Assembly: GCA_913057645.1 (NCBI GenBank)
Contig: CAJXOU010000005.1
Location: 5,060-69,059, forward strand
DNA: 64,000 bases
Source of the DNA: an uncultured Rhodobiaceae bacterium
GTDB lineage: Bacteria; Pseudomonadota; Alphaproteobacteria; Parvibaculales; Parvibaculaceae
Reading direction: 5' to 3'
The notes beneath the pieces are model-generated. The model made no database searches and was not told the origin of the DNA. It was given only the letters and a program-made list of their open reading frames with translations. The position numbers and the translations under genes were made by a program. Shown in pieces: positions 52,533 to 63,432 of this stretch. Numbering within the stretch: the first letter of the stretch is position 1; each line of letters starts with the position of its first letter.

Positions 52533-53239
52533 GCTCTCTCTCCTACCAGCCGCGCCGTTTCCGCTTCGATCGTGTCTTCGAGCACGCGCATGAAGGTATC
52601 CTTGTCGAGTCCCGTGCGGATCGGTTCGAGGAAGGAAAGCACCACCTTGCCGGGCGTCTTGCGCCAGGCGCGGCACTGCCAGCAAAGCCCGACATTGGTC
52701 GCCACCGGCGTTACCGGCAGCTCGAGATCGGCATAGAGGTGATAGACGCCGACCTTGTAGCGTTCGCGGTCGCCGACCGGCACGAGCTGCCCCTCGGGAT
52801 AGATGAGGATGTGCCGGCCATTGTCGTAGGCGCGTTTCGCCGCCGTGCTCAGCGTGTTGCGTTCCGTGCCGCCGCCGCAGGTGTCGACCATGATCATGTC
52901 GAGCTTGGTGAGAATGCGGCCGACGGCCGGATAATCGAGCAGATCCTTCATCGCCACGGTCGCGATCTGCGGCAGCAGCGAGAGCACGAGAATGCCGTCG
53001 GAAAAACTCTGATGCTTCGAGGCGATCAGGCTCGGTCCTTCGACGGGAATGTTCTCGCGCCCGCGCACTTCCATGTGGATGCCGGCGACATGCCTGAGCA
53101 GCCACACGATCCCCTTCGCCCACCAGTGCAGCACCGCCGCCAGCGGCTTCGGCGAATGGAGGTAGGTAAGCGGCAGGCAGGCGATCGCGACGAGCGCCGT
53201 GAAGCCGTAAAAGGCGATGTTGAACAGAAAGGACCGCAT
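52529..53239 (-). CDS. 1-acyl-sn-glycerol-3-phosphate (lysophospholipid) acyltransferase family protein
   Basis: H-x4-D catalytic motif (SKHQSFSD), an N-terminal TM segment, and the IYPEG block. Confidence 0.8.
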   Translation of the reverse strand: MRSFLFNIAFYGFTALVAIACLPLTYLHSPKPLAAVLHWWAKGIVWLLRHVAGIHMEVRGRENIPVEGPSLIASKHQSFSDGILVLSLLPQIATVAMKDLLDYPAVGRILTKLDMIMVDTCGGGTERNTLSTAAKRAYDNGRHILIYPEGQLVPVGDRERYKVGVYHLYADLELPVTPVATNVGLCWQCRAWRKTPGKVVLSFLEPIRTGLDKDTFMRVLEDTIEAETARLVGERA

Positions 53240-53250
53240 GGGCGTTTCCC

Positions 53251-53832
53251 CTATTTGCCGGCCGGTTCGAGATGCAGGATGTCGATCACGCTTTTCGAGA
53301 ACAGGTCGCGATGCTTGATGAGCGGCCCCTTCAGTCGGCCGAACGCCTTGAAGGTGACGGCCTGCAGAACAATGCCGAGCGCCATCGCCGCGCGTACATT
53401 CGCATCGTCCTTCGGAATTTCCCTCCGCTTCATCGCTGCCTCGATGACCTCGACGACGACGCTCACGGGGTTCGGCAGCTTCGGGTCGAGATAGCGCAGC
53501 AATGTGTACTGGTTCACTTGGTGATAGCGGAACAGAAGCCAGTCCCCGTCTGCCATGTTGCAATAGACCTCGACGATGGCGCGCGCCTGCTCGTCGATAT
53601 GGTCGTATTTCGCCGCCGCCGTCTTGATCGCTTCGGCAAGGCTCGCATGCTGGCGCATGAAAAGTTCTCGGGCGAGCGCATCCTTGCTTTCGAAGTGCCG
53701 ATAGATCGTCCCCTCGGAAATCTTCACTGCCTCGGCGATCTGCTTTGTCCGCGTTTCCATGATCCCCTGGGAAACGAAAAGTTCCAGGGCAGCACGTTCG
53801 ATCTCGGTCTTGGTGTTGGGGCCGCGGGGCAT
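53251..53832 (-). CDS. TetR/AcrR-family transcriptional regulator
   Basis: TetR HTH (FVSQGIMETRTKQIAEAVKISEGTIYRHFESKD). Lies 11 nt upstream of the acyltransferase gene. Confidence 0.85.
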   Translation of the reverse strand: MPRGPNTKTEIERAALELFVSQGIMETRTKQIAEAVKISEGTIYRHFESKDALARELFMRQHASLAEAIKTAAAKYDHIDEQARAIVEVYCNMADGDWLLFRYHQVNQYTLLRYLDPKLPNPVSVVVEVIEAAMKRREIPKDDANVRAAMALGIVLQAVTFKAFGRLKGPLIKHRDLFSKSVIDILHLEPAGK

Positions 53833-53883
53833 TCGAGGCTCTCTTCTTTCTGGTCGCAATTGAGTCGGTTGGGTGAAAGCGTA

Positions 53884-54534
53884 TCAGGTTCCCTGCGAAA
53901 GAGGCGCACCCGCATGTGCGCCCGGCAGAAGCCGCATCTCGCCGCCCGCCATCTGGCGCCGCAACTGCGCCAGCGGTGCGGAAAGGTCCCGTCCGTCGTA
54001 GAGCAGGGCGCTTTTCGTCATCATCGCCGCCACGCGCTTGCGCTCGGCCGCCATCGCGCCTGTCAGTTTCTCGCTCATCCGGCGCACGGCCTCGGCCCAG
54101 GCCGGCCGCGCCCCGGCAAGTGCTTCGCGCAGCCACTGGCCGAGCTGCTTTGCGTCCTTTTCGATCTTTGCCCAACCGTGCCGCGCGGTGTTGATCCGCT
54201 TGCGGACAAGGTTGAGTTCCGCCTCGCAGGCACGCTTGCGGAGGGTCCATTGCGCCGTGGCCCTCGCGAGTTTCCCGATGGCGGCGTCTCCCGTCGCCTC
54301 CGCCGCGGCGAGGGCATCGGTCAGGCAGACGAGCCGTGCGTCGATCCTTGTCAGCGCCGCCTTGTAGCGGAGTTCGCTTTCGACATGGCAGTCCAGCATC
54401 TTCGCCTCGGCGGCGATCCGTTGATGCGCCCGCCGGATGTCCTCGAGCGCCCGGCTTGCGCGCGCTTTCAGCTCGGCGCGGCCTGCCGCGCTCGAAGTCC
54501 GGATCCGGTTGAGAAACGTGCGAAGGGTGAACAT
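53884..54534 (-). CDS. Hypothetical coiled-coil protein (weak PspA/IM30-like flavour)
   Basis: 216 aa from ATG 54534. Ala/Arg/Glu-rich helical heptad-like sequence with no enzymatic motif recognised. Lies 24 nt upstream of TetR. Confidence 0.45.
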   Translation of the reverse strand: MFTLRTFLNRIRTSSAAGRAELKARASRALEDIRRAHQRIAAEAKMLDCHVESELRYKAALTRIDARLVCLTDALAAAEATGDAAIGKLARATAQWTLRKRACEAELNLVRKRINTARHGWAKIEKDAKQLGQWLREALAGARPAWAEAVRRMSEKLTGAMAAERKRVAAMMTKSALLYDGRDLSAPLAQLRRQMAGGEMRLLPGAHAGAPLSQGT

Positions 54535-54583
54535 GGGTCCTGCTCCTTTTGCCGGGCGCCGGAGGCGTCCTGTTGCAATGAAA

Positions 54584-54603
54584 GTAAGTGAGTACACACT
54601 TCT
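54584..54603. promoter_or_regulatory. Operator-like imperfect palindrome upstream of the coiled-coil/TetR operon
   Basis: GTAAGTG-AGTACA-CACTTCT, related to the two palindromes at 57429-57481. Confidence 0.35.
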
Positions 54604-54647
54604 TGTCAAGGCCGTAATGCACCTCTGTCTGAATTTCGTGAGAAGCG

Positions 54648-55304
54648 TTAGTGAACTGTTTTCGTTGGATAAATGCGGGAAACAAGCCGCCGGGCCCTTG
54701 AGAAGGGGACCGGCCAGGCCCGCTCCGCCACGAGGAAAAGAAGCCCCGCCACGGCGCCGCCCGCATGGCCCTCGAAGGCTGCGGGCCAGGGCGTATAGAA
54801 GAAGAGCGTCTCCGCCGTCACCGCCTCGTAGACGATCTTCGCAAGTGACAGAAAGCCGATCAGCGCGATGAAGCCGCTCCGCTTCTGCCGCCATGCTTCC
54901 ACGATCATCACGGCCCAGAGCGCATTCAGCACGCCCGAGAAACCCGCATACTGGGAAAGCTGCGTCGGGCTCAGAAGGATCGCCGTGTCGATCGCGGCGA
55001 CGCCGGCGAAAATGATCGCGCCCTGCCGGGTGTAGGAAATGCCCTCGTCATGCCGCGCCATCACCGCGAGGACGAGATAGGCGAGCCCGTTCCAGATCAG
55101 GTGCTGGAAGTTGAGATGGACGAGATGTCCGGTGACAAGCCGCCACAGCTCTCCATCCATGATCTTCGCCCGGTCGAAGATGAGCATGTCGCTCGCAGCC
55201 GCGCCGATATGATGGATGAGCGCCATCGCACCGGTGAGGAGAAGGGGAAACCATGGCAGGGAGATCCCGCCATGGTTTCGTTCGCTCTGGCCCTCCGGCT
55301 GCAT
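54648..55304 (-). CDS. Rhomboid-family intramembrane serine protease, rhombosortase-like
   Basis: About 218 aa with six TM segments. Has the rhomboid TM2 motif WRLVTGHLVHLNFQHLIWN, catalytic GFSGV and HAGGAVAG. Starts 2 nt after the stop of a GlyGly-CTERM protein gene. Confidence 0.7.
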   Translation of the reverse strand: MQPEGQSERNHGGISLPWFPLLLTGAMALIHHIGAAASDMLIFDRAKIMDGELWRLVTGHLVHLNFQHLIWNGLAYLVLAVMARHDEGISYTRQGAIIFAGVAAIDTAILLSPTQLSQYAGFSGVLNALWAVMIVEAWRQKRSGFIALIGFLSLAKIVYEAVTAETLFFYTPWPAAFEGHAGGAVAGLLFLVAERAWPVPFSRARRLVSRIYPTKTVH

Positions 55305-55306
55305 GC

Positions 55307-57385
<2,079 letters not shown>

Positions 57386-57428
57386 GTTCGTCTCCTCTGG
57401 TTGAGCGGTGTCGGGTGGGGTGTCGAAT

Positions 57429-57481
57429 ATGTAAGTGGTTACACACTTACATCGGGGTAATGTAAGCGAGCACCCGCTTAC
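57429..57481. promoter_or_regulatory. Two tandem operator-like palindromes in the divergent VIT-VWA / OYE promoter region
   Basis: ATGTAAGTG-GTTACA-CACTTACAT (57429-57452) has perfect 9-bp arms. GTAAGCG-AGCACC-CGCTTAC (57462-57481) has perfect 7-bp arms. Both have 6-nt spacers and share GTAAG/CTTAC half-sites. Confidence 0.45.
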
Positions 57482-57669
57482 TTCAAGGGAAAAACCGCAT
57501 GCCGCGCGGAAACCGGGCCGGACCCCCCGGATTCCGTGGAAATCCGGGCCGGAAAATCTGAAAGGAGGGCGGCCTCCGGAACGGGCGAACCTTCCAGTGG
57601 ATGGATGAAATCTCCTCGACCGCCTATATAGGAGCCATCGCCATTCACTCTTCTTCTTCGAGGACAACA

Positions 57670-58757
57670 ATGCAGATGGACAAACTCGCCGCGCCGCTCG
57701 TGCTCGCCCGCGGCCCCGCCATGAAGAACCGCTTCATGCTGGCCCCGCTCACCAACACGCAGAGCCACCCCGATGGCCGTCTCTCCGACGAGGAGTTCCG
57801 CTGGCTCACCATGCGCGCCGAAGGCGGCTTCGGCTCACCATGACCTGCGCCGCCCATGTGCAGGCGGGCGGGCAGGGCTTTCCCGGCCAGCTCGGCGTCT
57901 GGGACGACAGGCATCTCGAAGGGCTGACGCGGCTCGCCGCCGCCATCAGGGCGCAGGACTCGGTCTCCTCCGTGCAGCTTCACCACGCCGGCATCCGCTC
58001 GCCGAAGGAGATCGTGGGCGATGTCGTCGGCCCCTCCGACGACAAGGACACGGGCGGCCGCGCGCTGACGACCGCCGAGGTCGAGAAACTCCGCGACGAT
58101 TTCATCGCCGCCGCGAAGCGCGCCGAAAAGGCCGGCTTCGACGGCGTCGAGGTCCACGGCGCACATGGCTACATCCTCGCGCAGTTCCTCTCGCCGGAGT
58201 TCAATCGCCGCGACGACGTTTACGGCGGCGCGCTCGAAAACCGCGCCCGCCTGATCTTCGAGATCGTGAACGGCATCCGCGCCGCCTGCCGCCCGGATTT
58301 CCAGCTCGGCATTCGTCTGTCGCCGGAACGTTTCGGCCTGAAACTCGCCGAGATCCGCGACGTCGCCGCCGAACTTCTCGCCGATGCGAAGATCGACTTT
58401 CTCGACATGTCGCTCTGGGATGTGAAGAAGGAACCGGTGGAAGAGGAATTCCATGGCCGCTCGCTGATGAGCGTCTTCACGGAATTGCCGCGCGGGCAGG
58501 TGCGCCTCGGCGCCGCGGGCAAGATCGCCAGTGCCGCGGACGCCGCCTGGGTCATCGAGGCCGGCTGCGACTTCGCCGTGATCGGCCGCGCCGCGATTCT
58601 CCGCCACGACTTCCCGCGCCGCGTGCTCGCCGATCCTTCCTACGTGTCGCCGCCGCTCCCGGTCACGGAGCAGCATTTGCGCGACGAAGGCCTCAGTCCC
58701 GCTTTCGTCACCTACATGCGCAACTGGAAGGGTTTCGTCGCGGAAGAAGCCGCCTGA
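57670..58757 (+). pseudogene. Old-yellow-enzyme-family NADH:flavin oxidoreductase, interrupted by a 1-nt frameshift
   Basis: The N-terminal 58 aa (..LTMRAEGGFGSP*) and the rest (TMTCAAHVQ..HGAHGYILAQFLSPEFNRRDDVYGG..) lie in different frames. Restoring one C in GGC(C)TCACC near 57833 would give the family-typical GGFGLTMTCAAH. Confidence 0.65.
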
Positions 58758-59138
58758 TCAGTTTCCCCGCGCCGCGATCTTCTGAAGCCAGGGGCGAATG
58801 GGCAGGAACAGCCGGTAGCCGAGCGCGAGCCCCCAGGAAAAAGGCGGAACACGGAAGATGATACCGGGAACACGAAGACCGGGCAGCGCCGCCCAGAGTT
58901 CCGCGAACGCCGCGCCGCCCGTGACGAGAACGCCGTCCGTCCGCATCACATGGAAGCGCTTCATCGCCGCCGCGCAGTCCGGGGCGCCGGCGCCGCCTCG
59001 ATAGGTTTCGATGCTCACATCGATCCATTCGATCTCGTCCGCTCCTTTGCGGCGGCGATAGAAATCGATCTCGCGGCGGCAAAGCGGGCAGGAGCCGTCG
59101 AAATAGACCTTGCAGGTCGGTTTCCCGTTCTGCGTCAC
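58758..59138 (-). CDS. DCC-family (DUF393) thiol-disulfide oxidoreductase
   Basis: VYFDGSCPLCRREIDFY motif. GTG start forms a GTGA overlap with the upstream SDR stop. Confidence 0.75.
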   Translation of the reverse strand: MTQNGKPTCKVYFDGSCPLCRREIDFYRRRKGADEIEWIDVSIETYRGGAGAPDCAAAMKRFHVMRTDGVLVTGGAAFAELWAALPGLRVPGIIFRVPPFSWGLALGYRLFLPIRPWLQKIAARGN

Positions 59139-59863
59139 CACGCTATGGCCTCGCCCTTGTGGTCGAAGAACCCGCCGCTGTCCGCGCTCGTCAGGCGATC
59201 CACGACGCTCGCGATATCGCTTGCGGCTTCCTCCGCCGGGCGCACATGGAGGCCGGTCTTCTCGAAGGGTGCCGATAGCGCGCTCGCCACCGTGCCGGGA
59301 TGAACAGAAAGACAAACGGCCTCGGGCTTGCGGCGTGCCGTTTCGATGGCAGCGGTGTGCAGAAGCTGGTTGAGCGCTGCCTTCGATGCCCGGTAGCTGA
59401 ACCAGCCGCCGAGCCTGTTGTCGCCGATGCTGCCGACTTTGGCGGAGAGGGTCGCAAGAACGGATTTTCCCTCGCGCGGCAGCAAAGGCAGAAAATGTTT
59501 CATCAGCAGCGCCGGACCTGTCGCATTCACGGCAAATGCGTGGGCCATGTGCTCGGGCGTGATGTCGCGCAGGCTTTTCTCGGGCATGAATCTGTCATCG
59601 TGAAGAAAACCTGTCGCGTCGAGAAACAGCCGCAGATCCCCGTTCATCGCGGCAATGGCGCGCGCGGCGCTGGCGACCGATCTCTCATCGAGAATATCGA
59701 GGGGGATCGTTCCGCGGCGCGACAGCCGAACCACCGCGCGAAAGCGCCCGCACGCCTCCGCCATATCGGCAAACGCGCCGCCGATGGCGCCGCTTTCCCC
59801 GGCAATCACGGCAATCCCGCCGCCGGGGAACGAGGTGAAGCCGGGTTGTGTGCTGTCGGTCAT
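59135..59863 (-). CDS. Short-chain dehydrogenase/reductase (SDR) family oxidoreductase
   Basis: Gly-rich cofactor motif (VIAGESGAIGGA) and catalytic YRASKAAL. Confidence 0.85.
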   Translation of the reverse strand: MTDSTQPGFTSFPGGGIAVIAGESGAIGGAFADMAEACGRFRAVVRLSRRGTIPLDILDERSVASAARAIAAMNGDLRLFLDATGFLHDDRFMPEKSLRDITPEHMAHAFAVNATGPALLMKHFLPLLPREGKSVLATLSAKVGSIGDNRLGGWFSYRASKAALNQLLHTAAIETARRKPEAVCLSVHPGTVASALSAPFEKTGLHVRPAEEAASDIASVVDRLTSADSGGFFDHKGEAIAW

Positions 59864-59939
59864 GAACCTTCGCCTGGCCGGGGATGCTCTTGAGAGTCAT
59901 ACGTCCCGGACCGCCCGGAGGTTCACTTGCCGTTCCGGT

Positions 59940-62900
59940 TCACCACGTATCGATGAAGGCGCGGGACGGTTTCGCTTCCATCGGCGGCAGCGATTTCAGC
60001 CCCCGCGTCACCCAGTGCCGCGTTTCCGCCGGATCGATCACCGCGTCGATTTCAAGGAACGACGCCATGTTGGTCGCCTTCCCGTTCTCGTAATAGCGGT
60101 CGACCATCTTGCGGTAGAAGGCGTCGCGCTCCTCCGGATCCTCGATGGCCTCCATCTCGCGGCGATAGCCGAGCCGGACCGCCCCTTCGAGCCCCATCCC
60201 GCCGAACTCGCCCGTCGGCCAGGAGATGTTGAAGAACGGCGCGTGGAAGCTCCCCGCCGTCATCGCCTGCGCGCCGAGCCCGTAGCCCTTGCGCAGCACC
60301 ACCGCGAACAGCGGCACGCTCATGTTCGCCGCCGTCACGAACATGCGGCTCACATGGCGCACCTGCGCCTCTTTCTCGATCTCCGGTCCGACCATGAAGC
60401 CCGGCGTATCGCAGAGCGACAGGATCGGCAGCCCGAACGCATCGCAGAGCTGCATGAAGCGCGCCGCCTTGTCCGCCGCCTCCGCGTCGATGGCGCCGCC
60501 GAGGTGATAGGGATTGTTCGCCATCAGCCCCATCGGCCGCCCTTCCATGCGAATGAGCGCCGTCTTGATGCCGATGCCGAATTCGCGCCTGAGTTCCAGC
60601 ACCGAGCCTTGGTCCGCCACGCCCTCGATCACCTTGTCGATGTCATAGGCGCGCAGCCGGTTCTCCGGGATCATGTGGCGCAGCAGCCGCTGGTCGCTCG
60701 CCTCCCAGTTCTCGATCGGCCCCTGGAAATAGGAGAGGTATTTCTGGCAGGCGTCGATCGCCTCTTCCTCGTCCTTCACGAAGATGTCTATGACGCCGTT
60801 CCTGCGGTGAACCTCCGCCGGGCCGACTTCCTCCGGCGTATAGACGCCGAGCCCGCCGCCCTCGATCATCGCCGGGCCACCCATGCCGATATTGGAATCC
60901 GCCGTCGCGATGATGACGTCGCAGCAGCCGAGCAGCGCCGCATTGCCCGCAAAGCACCGCCCTGCCGTCATGCCGACCAGAGGCACCTTGCCGGAAAGCG
61001 TCGCAAACGTGTGGAAGCTCGGCGTGTCGAGCCCGGCGACGCCTGCCGTGTCCGTGTCGCCCGGCCGTCCGCCGCCGCCTTCCGCCAGCAGCACGATCGG
61101 CAGCTTCTGGTCCCGCGCGAGAAACAGCATGCGGTCCATCTTCTTGTGGTTCATCGCGCCTTGCGTGCCCGCGAACACGGTGAAGTCGTAGCCCATCACC
61201 ATGGCGCGCGCCTTCTCCTCGCCGAAGAGCTGCGCGTTGACGGTTCCGATGCCGGAGACGAGCCCGTCCGCCGGGCTCATCTTCAGGAGTTCCTCCATCG
61301 AGCGGCGCCTGCGCTGCGCGGCAAGCGCCAGCGCGCCATATTCGATGAAGCTCCCCTCGTCGCAGAGCTGGTCGATATTCTCGCGCACGGTCCGCTGGTT
61401 GCGCTTGCGCCGGCGCGCGACCGCGTCGGGCCGGTTCTCGTCGAGTCCCAGCGCGTGCCGGTCGATCACATGTTGCAGGTCGGGCCGGATATAATCCGGA
61501 TCGACCGCTTCTTCCGTTACTGCCGCCGCGTCGCCGCCCGCGCTCTCCTCGATGAAGAGGATCGGCTCGCCTTCCATCAGCGTCGCGTTGCGAACGGCCG
61601 CCACTTTCCGCACCGTGCCGCCGAAGGGCGCCGCAATCGTGTGCTCCATCTTCATCGCTTCGAGCACCGCGATCTGCTGGCCCTTCGCGACCGTCGCGCC
61701 TTCCGCCACGTCGACGGAGATCACCTTGCCCTGCATCGACGAGGGAACCGGTGTCGTCCCCGCCGGCCCCTCCACATGTTTCGCCGCCGCCGCGCCCGCG
61801 CCGTTCCCGCCGGTGAAATAACGCCCCGGCATCGCTTCGGCTTTCGCAAGCTCGCCCGCATGTTCCGCAATGAAGCCTGTGCTCACCTCGTTCGCCTGCA
61901 CGTCGTCCCGCGCCATCAGCGCCTGCAGGAAGGAAAGGTTCGTCGTCACGCCCTCGATCTGGAATTCGCTGAGCGCGCGCCGCGCCCGCGCCACCGCATC
62001 GGCATAGGCGGGCGAGGGCGAATGCGCGATCAGCTTCGCCAGCAGCGAGTCGTAGTTCGGGCTGGTGCGGTATCCGGCATAGCCGAACGTGTCGACGCGG
62101 ATGCCCGGCCCCGAAGGCGGGTTGAACGTATTGAGCACGCCGCCCGTCGGCACCGCCGCGCCCGTTTCGTCCATCCGCTCCATGTTGACGCGGAGCTGGA
62201 TCGCGAAACCGCGTGGGACCGGCGTCTCCGTCAGCCCCACCTCCTTCAGCGTCGCGCCGCCCGCGATCCTGAGCTGCGTCTTCACGAGGTCGACGCCCGT
62301 CACTTCTTCGGTAACCGTGTGCTCCACCTGCAGCCGCGGGTTCGCCTCCATGAAGGCAATCGCGCTGTCGGCATTCTTCGCTTCCGTGTCGATCAGGAAT
62401 TCGAACGTGCCGAGCCCCTTGTAGCTCGCCGCGCCCGCGAGCTTCCGCGCCGCCTCCGTCAGGCGCTTGCGCATCGCATAGTCCAGCGTCGGGCTCGGCG
62501 CGATCTCCACCACCTTCTGGTGCCGCCGCTGCAGCGTGCATTCGCGCTCGCCGAGATCGATCACGGTCTTGCCGTCGCCCACGATCTGGATTTCGATGTG
62601 GCGCGCTTTCCGCACCAGCTTCTCGACATAGATGTCGCCGCTGCCGAACGCCGCCGTCGCTTCCGAGCGGCAGCGTTCGTAAGCCTCCGCCAGCTCCTTC
62701 GCGTCGCTCACCGCGCGCATGCCCCGGCCGCCGCCGCCCGCCAGCGCCTTCAGCATCACGGGCGCGTTCACCTTCTCCATGAAGGCGCGCGCCTCCTCGA
62801 GGCTTGTCGCCCCGTTCGTGCCCGGAAACAGCGGCACGCCTTCCTTCTCGGCCAGCGCCCGCGCCTGCGCCTTGTCGCCGAAGAGCCGCAGCGCTTCGGG

Positions 62901-63212
62901 CGAAGGCCCGACGAAAATAATGCCTTCCTTCGCGCATTCTTCCGCGAAACCGGCATTCTCGCTCAGGAACCCGTATCCCGGATGGATCGCGTCGCATCCC
63001 GCCTTCTTGGCTTCCGCCACGATCTGCGCAATTTCGAGATAAGCCGCCGCCCCCGTCCCCGTCAGCGGCAGCGCCTCGTCGGCGGCACGCACATGCAGCG
63101 ACAGCGCATCGTCTTCCGCATAGACGGCGACGGTCCGCAATCCGAGTTCGGAACCCGCGCGCGCAATGCGCACGGCAATCTCGCCGCGATTGGCGATCAA
63201 CAGGCTTTTCAT
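59940..63212 (-). CDS. Single-chain biotin-dependent acyl-CoA carboxylase (BC + BCCP + carboxyltransferase fusion)
   Basis: 1090 aa from ATG 63212 (GAGGGAGG RBS). Has a biotin carboxylase N-terminus (MKSLLIANRGEIAVRI), the biotinyl-lysine motif VLEAMKMEH, and a C-terminal two-lobed carboxyltransferase domain. Confidence 0.85.
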   Translation of the reverse strand: MKSLLIANRGEIAVRIARAGSELGLRTVAVYAEDDALSLHVRAADEALPLTGTGAAAYLEIAQIVAEAKKAGCDAIHPGYGFLSENAGFAEECAKEGIIFVGPSPEALRLFGDKAQARALAEKEGVPLFPGTNGATSLEEARAFMEKVNAPVMLKALAGGGGRGMRAVSDAKELAEAYERCRSEATAAFGSGDIYVEKLVRKARHIEIQIVGDGKTVIDLGERECTLQRRHQKVVEIAPSPTLDYAMRKRLTEAARKLAGAASYKGLGTFEFLIDTEAKNADSAIAFMEANPRLQVEHTVTEEVTGVDLVKTQLRIAGGATLKEVGLTETPVPRGFAIQLRVNMERMDETGAAVPTGGVLNTFNPPSGPGIRVDTFGYAGYRTSPNYDSLLAKLIAHSPSPAYADAVARARRALSEFQIEGVTTNLSFLQALMARDDVQANEVSTGFIAEHAGELAKAEAMPGRYFTGGNGAGAAAAKHVEGPAGTTPVPSSMQGKVISVDVAEGATVAKGQQIAVLEAMKMEHTIAAPFGGTVRKVAAVRNATLMEGEPILFIEESAGGDAAAVTEEAVDPDYIRPDLQHVIDRHALGLDENRPDAVARRRKRNQRTVRENIDQLCDEGSFIEYGALALAAQRRRRSMEELLKMSPADGLVSGIGTVNAQLFGEEKARAMVMGYDFTVFAGTQGAMNHKKMDRMLFLARDQKLPIVLLAEGGGGRPGDTDTAGVAGLDTPSFHTFATLSGKVPLVGMTAGRCFAGNAALLGCCDVIIATADSNIGMGGPAMIEGGGLGVYTPEEVGPAEVHRRNGVIDIFVKDEEEAIDACQKYLSYFQGPIENWEASDQRLLRHMIPENRLRAYDIDKVIEGVADQGSVLELRREFGIGIKTALIRMEGRPMGLMANNPYHLGGAIDAEAADKAARFMQLCDAFGLPILSLCDTPGFMVGPEIEKEAQVRHVSRMFVTAANMSVPLFAVVLRKGYGLGAQAMTAGSFHAPFFNISWPTGEFGGMGLEGAVRLGYRREMEAIEDPEERDAFYRKMVDRYYENGKATNMASFLEIDAVIDPAETRHWVTRGLKSLPPMEAKPSRAFIDTW

Positions 63213-63432
63213 GGGATAGGGCCTCCCTCGCCCTTCAATGGCTTTTGACAATTTGAGTAGGGAGGCGGGCCGCGCCTGTCAAACCTTCGCTCGCCCGCGC
63301 CCGGCTCCGTGAGAACAGACAGGAAACGGCTTGCCGCCCGCCGCTCCGGTGTGAAGCGGCTTCGGTTGACCTCGCTTCGCGCGGGCCTAGGTCGTTTCCG
63401 AGGCCACAAGGTCGCCGGGGAAGGGAGGACGT

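Noticed and set aside
52529-54766. 745-aa minus-strand ORF, and the 643-aa ORF at 51192-53123, suggesting giant fused proteins.
   Set aside because: Only the C-terminal portions carry real domains (the acyltransferase and the MFS transporter respectively). The upstream parts run out of frame through the TetR, coiled-coil and rhombosortase genes.
57601-57669. Upstream ATG (57601) for the OYE gene.
   Set aside because: The family N-terminus (..KNRFMLAPLTN..) follows closely after ATG 57670. The earlier residues have no similarity and lie in the operator/promoter region.
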